Shown: positions 35,839 through 46,200 of the stretch, piece by piece
Numbering within the stretch: position 1 is the stretch's first letter
How the letters are laid out: each line of letters begins with the position of its first letter
The notes under the pieces: model-generated
What the model saw: the letters and a program-made list of their open reading frames with translations, nothing else
Told to the model about the DNA's origin: nothing
Database searches by the model: none
Translations under genes and position numbers: made by a program
Source: Blastocatellia bacterium
GTDB lineage: Bacteria; Acidobacteriota; Blastocatellia; UBA7656
Assembly: GCA_023265195.1 (NCBI GenBank)
Contig: JAHFUG010000004.1
Coordinates: 1-48,568, forward strand
Length of the DNA stretch: 48,568 nucleotides
Direction of reading: 5' to 3'

Positions 35839-37245
35839 ATGGCGTCCAAGAAAGTCGCATCTTCAAAGAAAAAGCAATCGGTCGAGAGTAACAAGCCCTC
35901 GAAGCTGAAATCGGCGGCGAAGAGTAAGGCGCCACTTCGAAGGGCCGGACCACAATTGGGATCGGCGCAGCAGACGTACCTTTCGACTAATTATCAGTTG
36001 CAGCCCGCTTATGCAGATCCGAGCGGCGGCGTTTCATCAGTCCCGTTTTTACTTCCGCCAACACAGGTCTCGAGCGCCAGCACTTATGGCCAGGCGATAG
36101 AGGTCGATATCAGCATGGTCTATGGACCGGCCGCCTTGCCGTCCGGAGCGTCGTGTCAACTCGGATCAGGAACGGACTTCACGTTGAGTTGGGGCGCCGA
36201 CCCCATCTACGCGGGCGGTCTTGTCGCCCAGGTCTTCATTCCGGCGTATGCATGGAGCGCCGCGGCAGCCGACCGCCAAAAGTTACAAGCCTCATTCGCG
36301 GGCCTGCTTCAGGCGCTGGAGGGGTTGGAGTCTAAGCAGTGTCTTATCACCGGCGGCGCAAGCGCGATCGCTCAACGCGCCGCCGAGGCGATACCCGCCC
36401 CGATTAGCGAGGTTCTGTATTACAGGTATGGATTCAACTCCGCCAATGCTTATGTAGACATTCAGGCGGGCATGCGCTTGAGAGTTGAATCGGCCGTTTT
36501 CGAGTATGCAGCGCCAAACTCCACTCTGAACGGTTTCGTCGGTTCCAGCGTCGCCCACTACGACGTGGTCGGGTACATTAACCCCAGCGGTATCGCTCGT
36601 CTCGCGTTTGACGCCTTCTTAGGCTCGATCAGGCCTCCGAACGTGCTGTCCCCGACAAACGTCGCGGGGGGAATCATCGACTTTCAGGGAAATCAACTGG
36701 CGCGGCGCTACTACAGGCTTTTCTATCCGCCCAATTTCTCGAGTTCATCACAAGGCAACACCAGCACGGCGAACAACGTGATGCTCATCGGCGCCAACAC
36801 TCTGGCGGATCTTACGGCCGCGACGACGGCGTATCTCCAGAACCAGAGTTGCGCTCCTGGTGCGACCTCAGTGCTTTGCAATCTGTTCCGCGGGCGCGCG
36901 ATCGCGATCCCGGAGATCCTGGTTTACTTGGCCGATCAAACCGTCAATTTTCCACCCGGGACGCAGCCAACGGTTGGCGCTCAGCCCGTATACGTTCCTG
37001 TCGGGACCACGGTGCGCAATTTGATCGAGCGGCGCTTCAACTGGATATTCACTCAGGCGTACCCGGAAAGCAAAATCTCTCTGATGCGGCCGTACAGGCA
37101 GATCAGCCGGAACGCTGCTCCGCCAAAACCCTCCAACTACAACACCGTGCAGTTCAATCAATCCACGGCTCCGGTAACCCGCCCCGACAACTACGACGCG
37201 CCACTCGTCAAGGGCGACGTGCTCAGCTTCACCAACAACATCTGA
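35839..37245 (+). CDS. Uncharacterised 468-aa protein with a Lys/Ser-rich N-terminal tail; partner of the giant gene
   Basis: AAGGAG 7 nt upstream of the ATG. The first 34 aa, MASKKVASSKKKQSVESNKPSKLKSAAKSKAPLR, carry 11 Lys. The remainder is S/A/G/N/Q/P/Y-rich with no signal peptide and no motif I recognise. Confidence 0.8.
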   Translation: MASKKVASSKKKQSVESNKPSKLKSAAKSKAPLRRAGPQLGSAQQTYLSTNYQLQPAYADPSGGVSSVPFLLPPTQVSSASTYGQAIEVDISMVYGPAALPSGASCQLGSGTDFTLSWGADPIYAGGLVAQVFIPAYAWSAAAADRQKLQASFAGLLQALEGLESKQCLITGGASAIAQRAAEAIPAPISEVLYYRYGFNSANAYVDIQAGMRLRVESAVFEYAAPNSTLNGFVGSSVAHYDVVGYINPSGIARLAFDAFLGSIRPPNVLSPTNVAGGIIDFQGNQLARRYYRLFYPPNFSSSSQGNTSTANNVMLIGANTLADLTAATTAYLQNQSCAPGATSVLCNLFRGRAIAIPEILVYLADQTVNFPPGTQPTVGAQPVYVPVGTTVRNLIERRFNWIFTQAYPESKISLMRPYRQISRNAAPPKPSNYNTVQFNQSTAPVTRPDNYDAPLVKGDVLSFTNNI

Positions 37246-37269
37246 TGGCTCGATGAAAAGGAGACAAGC

Positions 37270-40200
37270 ATGAGCCCCCTGACATTCAACCTGATCCCCG
37301 GAACCCAACTCTACTCGGCTGTTTGCGGCTCCGCCGAGGCGGGCTCGGACGGTCCGCAAGTATTTTACCTGATCGAATCCAGCGCGCCTCCGCCGCGGAT
37401 CTCCCTGCTCGATTCGTGGCGGACATACCAAGGGTACTATGTTTTCGTTGAGGCCGGAGTCACCGACCCAGCGGCCTTCGCGCGGAGATTGCTCCAGTAT
37501 CTAAGCGGCGAGGCCGGAGGCGGCCAAGGCTTCTTGTGGGTGTTCAATCCGAATGATTCGACGGAACCGCTGAATGTCATACCTCTTTCAGTGAGCGGCT
37601 TTCAAACAACGCCCGCCACGTTCAACTTCCGAAACAACATACTGGTGGTTGGGTATGGATGCGCGATCACGGCCGATACCCAGAACAACCGGTTCGTAAT
37701 ATCGCAACCGTCAACCGATAACAATCGAATCTATCTTCAAGTGAATTGGGGCGGCGCAACCCTAACCGACGCGGTCGGTTCGACAGTTTATATTCCCTTG
37801 TGCGGGGCCGGCTCAGGCTGTCTACAGTTTCAGGCGTCGTTGATCGAGTCGTATCTTGACGGTACACACCTGGACGCCGCGCTTCGTTACTTCATCGACG
37901 ATAACTCACGTCCTCAGCCAGGCTTCTTGACTTCGCAGCGTTATCCACTTCTGAGTCTGGCTGGCGGCAGCCTTAGCTTGATGGTCAACCTGAATCCGCT
38001 CGATCCAACGGACGCTTCTCGAAGCTACTTTTCATTCACCGAACAAGCAGGCGGAGGGACCGCGGATCAGGCGCCGATAGGATCGTATTTCAGGACGAAC
38101 GCAGGTCTGCCGGTTATGCTCGCGCCGCAACCGAACGCTCGATTCGTATTCGCTCCGAACCCTCAGGCCACGTCGCCCGACGCCAACGATCCGTTATACC
38201 TCGTTCCGTCGGGCGACTTTCTGATGTCTTCCGAAAGCGGCGCTGGAAATCGTTTGCAAGGCGGCAACGCGCCCCACGGGCCGCGATTGATTTGCGGAAT
38301 CGGAGGCAACGAATATTTCGATCTCTTGTCGGGCGGACAATCGAACATCTTAAGCTTCACACCCGGCAATGCCGCCTATGTTCCCGGGTTAGGTTCCCAA
38401 CAAGCGCCGGAAAATGATCCGCTGCAAGGAAACGCGACTACTTCGTGGATAACGGTAAAACCGGCGCCAACCGCGGAAGTCAACTATTACGCTCAGCCTC
38501 AGAACGCCGAACTGTACGCGGAGGGCTTTCCGTCGGGCTCGACTTCAAATGAAAGCTCGGCCGGCGATAGCGGCGCGCGGATTCTCGGTTTTCTCGAAGT
38601 CGCTGCAATCGGATTCACCGCCGGTAGCCCGGTTCCATTGGTCCCACTCGCGCCGTACGCCGGAATCGAGTACGCCAGTATCTCACCGGACGCGGTTCAG
38701 CGGATTGAGACCGGCGTGCTGGCTCCATTTCGCCGGACAACCCTTGGCTATGGCGCCAACGCCGCGGCGCCTATCGCCGCTCCGCCGGCCCCAAATTCGA
38801 CGACGCCGCAAGGTTTGCTCGCGAACGTCTCTGGGTCGAATTGGAACTCGCTCTTGCTCGGTCAAAGCTCCGACGGGTCTCGACAATTCCTTGTCAACGT
38901 CGCTTCGTCGAACCAGTTGCAACAGGCGTTGCAGACCAATCAACAGTTCATAGTAGTGACGGATCTCAAGGGCGTGGCCTATTTTCAAAGCCAGATTTCG
39001 ATTGGAGGTTGGACCTTTGACTTCAGCACGCAGCCGAAGCCTCCGGCGGGCGATTATTACAACGTTTTGATATTCAAATACTACAGCGCGTCAATAAAAG
39101 AACTGGCCGCAGCCACTCAGATGTGGACCAATCCGAGCCAGTTCAACGCGAAGCCTTCGGACGTTTCCACGTGGCTCGGGAGCTACATTCAGGATGCTGA
39201 AAACCAGGTAAGCGGCGGCAACACTCGCTTCCAGAGCTTCGTCGATCTCGTGAACGACGGTTCCTGGAACGGCGTGCTCGGGTTGAACGTGTATATCCCG
39301 CCCGGCGAACTTCCGCCCGAGGTGCAAGGCCTGCTCGGCGGAATCGATCTTTCAAAATTCAGCGCGCATCATTTCGGGATCGAGACCAACTCCGTGGGCT
39401 CCGGCTTCACGCTTACCAGGAGTTCTCTGTTCGCCCTGATCAGCTACGATAATACGAGCAGCGGCATCGGCGCGCCGCGGGCGGACGGCGATTACTCGTT
39501 CAAGGTGCTCACCCTTCAGGTCGTCTTCGCAAACTCCGAAGTAACGGACTTCAACAGCCAGATTCAGGTGACGATCAACAATCTGTTCGACGTGGGCGCC
39601 AACCTCGAAGGCGGCAAGGACAACTCAGTCGTTCTTCAGGGAACCTACGAATCTCACAACGGAGCCAGCACGTATTCTTTCACCGCGGCGGGAACTTATA
39701 CATTCAAGCTCGATTCCGATCTCATCACGGACGTTACGTTCACCAAGGTCCAGTTCACGACCGTATCCGCGGCGGCGGGCGGCGGCGACATAACATCCAC
39801 ATTCGCGTTCTGGGGAAGCATCAAGTTCGGTACGCTCGCCGGCTTCGATTTCTTCTCGTTCGATGATCTGGCGTTCGCCGGGCTGAGCCTATCGTTCACG
39901 TTTAATACGGCGAACATCGGCGGCGACAACTTGCCGATCCAGTCGTTCACATTCGATCCTGGCGATATACGGTTCGATGTGTCCATAAGCAAGGCCCGGC
40001 AGCAGAGTCTGCTCGAGTATTTCCCGCTCAGGCTGACGGGATTCACTTATGCAAGCGGCGGCGTCTCGATCTCCGACCTCGGCTACGTTCAAGTAGCCTC
40101 GCCGATAGCGAATCTGGCCGGTGACGTGACCTATGCGCTGATGTTCGAGCTGGACCTTGGTTCGATTGGCGCTCTCGCATCCCCGCTGAAAGGGTTCGCG

Positions 40201-43200
40201 GCCGACCTTGTCGCGGGTTGGAATCCCCAGAGCCCGGGAAAAGTCGCGTTTGGCGTCAAGCTCCCTGAATCGAGCGGGGGTAAGCTGCAAATCGGAATCC
40301 AAGGCGTGCTGCTTTTGACGATTCAGAACTTTGAGTTCACAACACTGCCGGCCAAAGACTCGACGCCACAACGATACGTTCTTTATATGCGTGGATGCAC
40401 GCTCGAAATGTTCGGTGCGACCGTGCCGTCTTCGGGCTCCTTCTCGTTCGTATTCTTCGCGCCAACCGAAGAATCCGCCAGCGCCGCTCTGAGCAACCTG
40501 GGATGGTTTGTCGCCTATTCGAAAGGCTCCAACGGAGCGGGGCAGCTCGAAGCCGGCGACGGAGAATCCAGCACGTTTTTCGCGCTTTCTTACCTGGGCC
40601 TAGGTCAGCGAGTCGTTGTGCCTGGTGGACTCGATGATGCGAACACCGTGTCCGGCGTGCTCGACGCGATGGCAAGCAAGCTCACGCCCGATCTGACCGG
40701 CGACGCCCTCAACGAACAGCTCGCGCGGATCTACGATTCAGACGCGGGCTGGATAGTCGGCGGCGAGTTTACGATACTCGAGACTATCACTCTCGGCGCG
40801 GTCTACTACGATCCCAGCCTTTACGGGTTGCTGGCCGGAATTGCGAAAGGAAAGCTCGGCCCACTCGGCGGATTCAACTTCGAGATCCTTTACAAGAAGG
40901 TCACTGACACAATCGGTGTGTACCAGATTCAACTCACGCTGCCCGACTCGCTGAGGCAACTGCAGTTTGGCGAGGTGTCGATAACGATCCCAGTCATAGG
41001 GATCGACATATACACCAACGGCAACTTCAAGATCGATGTCGGCTTTCCGAACGGAACCGACTTCTCGAATTCGCTCACGATTCAGGTGTTCCCCTTCATC
41101 GGCGCCGGAGGCTTCTATTACGCACGGTTGAGCTCGGGGACCGCGACCGACCTCCCGGCGATTCCACAAGGCGCATTCGACCCGGTGCTGGAGTTCGGAT
41201 TCGGCTTGAGCCTTGGCGTCGGCAAGACTATCAACGTAGGCATCCTGTCGGCCGGTGTCTCGGTGACCTTTGCCGGAATTCTGGAAGGAACCGTAGCGTA
41301 CTGGGTTCCGCCAAATCAATCTTCGAGCGGCGCGGCCGTCTTGTTCAACAAGGCGCCGGACTATTACGCGATCAGCGGGCAGGTCGCGATTGTCGGCACG
41401 TTGTACGGTGTAGTCGATTTCGGCATCGTCAAGGCGAGTCTGACTGTCACTATCTCAGCGGGCGCGACATTGACCTGGCAGGCTTACCAGGATCTGTCGC
41501 TCTCGGTTTATGCTCGGGTGTCGGTCAGCCTTGAAGTGGTGATCGGCGGTTTCAAGATCTTCGGGATCAGAATCGAGATCAAGATTCGATTCTCGTTTTC
41601 CGCCTCGATCAGCTACACGTGGACCTTCCCCGATAACAGGATTCCACCGTGGTCGGCCGGTCCGGCCTTCGCGACAGACTCGCGGTTTCTGGCCGGCGCC
41701 GCCCCAATCGGCCCGATTCAATGGAACTCGATCACGATCAACACGTCGAAGGTTCCGGTCGTCTTGTACTTTTCGCCGCAGGTCACGGTTGCGATCCCTC
41801 CTGACGCAGATTCCACGCAAGCGCAGTTCGTAGCCCTGCTGACCATGAACACAACGGCCGCGTCGGGTCCAGCCGACTTCGACAACCTTGCGTCCGCCTT
41901 GCTCGCGTGGGCCGTCACGTTGTACGCGGGATTGACCTCCTACAACCCAGGTTTGCCGGTTACGGCGGATGGAATTCAGGCGCTGAACGATCTGTTGTCG
42001 ACTCCCGGCGCCAGCGTTAACGATGGCCCGGCGCCGCTGAACTACTCGAACATCAGCAATTTCCTCTTCAACAATTTCGCCGCCTCACTACAAGGCGTCC
42101 CCGAGCAAACCGGATCGACAACCAGCCAGCAGACGACGGTGTTTCCAATGATCCCGGATCTGAGTCTTTCGGCGACCGGTCAGCCCACTACGTCATACTC
42201 GGCGGGCAGCGTCGCCGAGAACTATCTGCGGGACATCTCCGACTACTTCGCGATGTTGCTGGTGAACTTCGATCCGAGTCAATCATCGAATGGCGCGCTT
42301 GCCGCGGGGGCCGGACCCTCGATGCCCACAGTGATCTTTCAAGACTTCTTCGCGCTGGTAATCACGGCGTCGATAAGCCAGGCCTACCAGACCATGACTG
42401 GATCGAACCCTCCGGCCACGCTGGGCGCGCTGCTGACGTCGCTGCAGCAGTCGGGCGGTTTCGTCAACGTGGCCGGCCAGGCGTCCAGATTTCTGCTGCA
42501 TGGCTTGCAACTCCCCGAGCAGTTCAACCTGCCGCGGAACGAATGGGCGAATCTGGTTACCGAGCCTCTCTATTGGCTGACCAGGCAGCAATCGTTGCTC
42601 GAGCCCATCGGCGTGAACGGTTCCGTGAGTGATGCCGCTCCTATGGCCGGCAGCTTCAACGCCGAGGGCGGATTAGCCGAAGTAGATGGGTTCTACGTGG
42701 GCTATTCCATCACGTTCCTCACGGGAGCGTTGAGCAGTCAGACCCAAACGATCAGCGGCTACACCGCGGCGGCAAAAGCAATCACTGTTGCGCAGCCGTT
42801 CACGGCGCCCCCCGCCAACAGCGACAAGTTCTTACTAGCGGTGTTCGCAACGTCGTCGGTGGCGGCCGGCGGCGAGACTTCATCTACGTTCACAGGCGCC
42901 GGTCTTCCGGCGATCGACAATTACTTCGTCGATTACATCCTTACCTTCACCGGCGGCGCCTTGAATGGTCTGTCGAGCGCCGTGACCGCATATGTGGGCG
43001 CGGCTCTTCAGATCACCGTGTCGCCCGCGTTTCCCTCCGCGCCCGCCACCGGCGACGCATTCGAGATCACGCCGTACGCCGCCTCCCTGTCGGTCAACAC
43101 CAACCCCGCGCCTCAGTATCCGTGGTTTACCGCGAGCGCCACCAATCCGCCGGCCGCGGTGCTTGCGCCGGGCGCAATCGGAACCATTCAGAGCCTGGTT

Positions 43201-46200
43201 TCAACGAAGTTCGCTCCCAAAGTTACCGTGGCGGCTCTGCCCAATCTCTCGCGGCAGCCGAAGAATTTCGCGCTTCAGCGGACTACTCCCTGGCAGCTCA
43301 TCGACGATTCGGGGAGCCAGTCGAAGGTTATCGACAACTGGACCATCCTGCCGTTCCCATCGACGTTGATGGATCAGCTCGCGGACGAAGCAACGCCTTT
43401 GCCGGAGCTTTTGTTGATGGCAGGGACGGCGGGTTCGAACGATCCGCCGATTGTCCCCACTGGTCTTGCTTTTAACTGGGCTACGCTGGTCAACCTGTCC
43501 GTTCAACAGATCCCAACAACTGGAGGGGCGTTCCTGACGAACACCTATCAAGTAAACGGAACCGACGAAACCGGCCGCAACCTTCTTTATCAACTGTTGG
43601 TTCAACTCGGCGCGGCCAACGCGCCGGCGATCGATAACATTTATCTTCTATTCCAGCCGCGGCAACAGAGTCAGCAGGGCTTAGTTTCCGAAACGATCAT
43701 TCAGCGTTCGTCCAGCGTGTTGATGAAGGTCAATCTAACTACCGAAAGCGCTCCTCCTTCCGCCGGGTTTGCAGCGAGATTGTTGATGGATTCGGCGGAG
43801 CCTCCCGCCGACGCGTACAACGCGATGATCGATCAATACGCGGAGTTCCTCCGCTTGGTGTGGGAATGCAGCATCGTCAACGCGGGCGGATATTACCTTT
43901 ATTATTTGAACTCGTCTCAATCGAACAATGGATTGCCCGCTTATCTTTTCAGCGCTGGAACGACCGCGGCCGTCACGTTGCTGGTCACCTTCAAGGCGGG
44001 CTCAGCGGCCGCGAACTTCAACAACGCCGCCGTCATTACGAATCCGGGTCAAGTTCCCGCGAACCCCGTGTTCTTCGCGCAGGCTTCGAACATGCTTGAT
44101 TGGCGTCCGACGATCGCGGCCGGGAGCGTTGCGTTCAGTCTTACGACCGCCGACCCGAGTCAGAGCTTCTCAATGCCCGCCTCCGCGAAGGACTTCGCCT
44201 CTTCAAACGGCCGCGTCACCAGAGACGACGTGATCGCGGCAATGACGGCGAGCAACATGGACCCGGCTAGCGCGGAGTTCGCGGCGGCGACGGCCGAGAA
44301 CGATCTCTTGACGATGTTTAATCTGCTGACGTACCGCATCACCAACAACGGCGCGTTCAACACGAGCATTCAGGGCCTGCCGGTCGGCCCTATTCAGGAG
44401 GATGGGAATCCGGACAACGGAACCTGGAATTATCAACAGGGAGTTTCGGTTTATCCCTGGTGCAACACCGGCGGCGCTGCTCAAAACAAAGATCCGTACG
44501 CCGGAGTTGGAAACAAGATAACGCTGAGCTTCGAACTCCTGGACATCTTCGGCAACGAGATGCCATCCATTACTCCGCTGCCGGCGCTGACCACAAACTA
44601 CCTCTACTTCGATGACCTCATCCCGGTGACTTCGTGGACGGGCGTGCGAGTGGGCTACCTATGCACAACCAACGCGGGTGTGAGCACGCTCGAAGTTAAC
44701 CTGACCTTCGAGCCGTCCGTCTTTCAGACGATAACCAGTTCTTCGGTTAGCGATCCATCTCCCACTTCGGGCAGCTTCAAGGGCGCGAGTAGTCTCTCGT
44801 CTACGGACGGCGCATACGTGAACGGAACCATACAATTCAACAGTGGCGCGCTTGCCGGCCAGTCGAGCGTCATCACCGCATACATCGGCGCGACTCGAGA
44901 GATAACGGTCTCGCCCGGCTTCTCGGGCGCGCCCGCGAACGACGACGGCTTCACCATAACGGTCTGGAACCAGCAGCAGGCGGCCCAGTCACTCGACTAC
45001 TTTGAGTTGATAGGTTATCAACTGGGCGGACAAGGCGTCGGCATAACGCTCACAACCTCGCTGGCGCCAACAGTGACCGCAACCATTCAAGCGAATCAGT
45101 TCACTGGACAATCGGGCTTCGTCACTGGAATCACTAGCTTCCTGGAAGCGATCGCGGCGTCCAATCAGAAGCCGCCCGCGCCGGAGCCGTTAGTCCTGTC
45201 GGCGCCAATCACGCTTGCTGATCGAGAAGCAAACCCGAATAACATTTTCGAAGTAACCGTCACGTTAACAGTCGCCCGTGAAAGTTCCTTGGTGGACCCG
45301 AGCGTCAACACCATACAGCCCGGTGTCACTCCGCCGCTTCCGCTTATGGTTTCGTCGCCGATTCCGCCGCGGGTCGGCAACACGGCTACGACGGCGGTAG
45401 CCGGCAGTGTTTCGGCTGCGAGCTTCAACGGCGGCCCTAATTTATCAAGCGTCGATGGCTTCTACACTGGCGGCGTAGTCACGTTCACCAGCGGCAGGCT
45501 CACCGGCCAGACCAGCTCAGTCACGGAGTACACCGGCGCAACCAAGGCCATCACTGTCGCGCCGGCATTCACCGGGGCCCCAGTCGGTGGTGACGCATTC
45601 ACGCTCACTCCCAAGATGACGCTGGCGCCGTTCGCGCAGGAGTTCGAAGCGGCGTTCACCGAGATGAGAGCCGCGACCGGTTTAGGTTCCGCCGGACCGC
45701 TGTCGGTGTGGGCGGTTCGAATCGCAACCATACAGCCCGGCGCCGAAGGCATAACAGTGGCGGTCAACTCGGGTAATCCGGTCTTCTTCGCGCCGAAGCC
45801 GCTGTCGAACACGCTGCTGTCCCGGCCTGACGCGAACCATCCGGATCCGGTGATGGTCATGCCGTACGTGTCAGGCCAGGGCGACCAGCCAATGATCCCT
45901 ATGAACTTCGCGGGTGTCGATCTCGACGTGTTCGCTCGCGGCTTCTTGCTCGCTATCGATCAGTTCTTATCACCCGCGATTGCTGTTCCAGCGCGGCAAC
46001 TCAACGCCGGATACTATCTCGCTGTGATAACAGCCAAGGAGGCGTTGGCCGATGCGATCAAGTTGGGCGTCACCACCATCCTTGAAACGAACGGCTCGGT
46101 AAGCGGCGCGGCCAGTACGACGAGCTTTAACGCAGCGCCAGGCATTGCTCCCACGGATGGTTCCTACGCCGGTAGCAAACTGACCTTCACCAGCGGCTCG

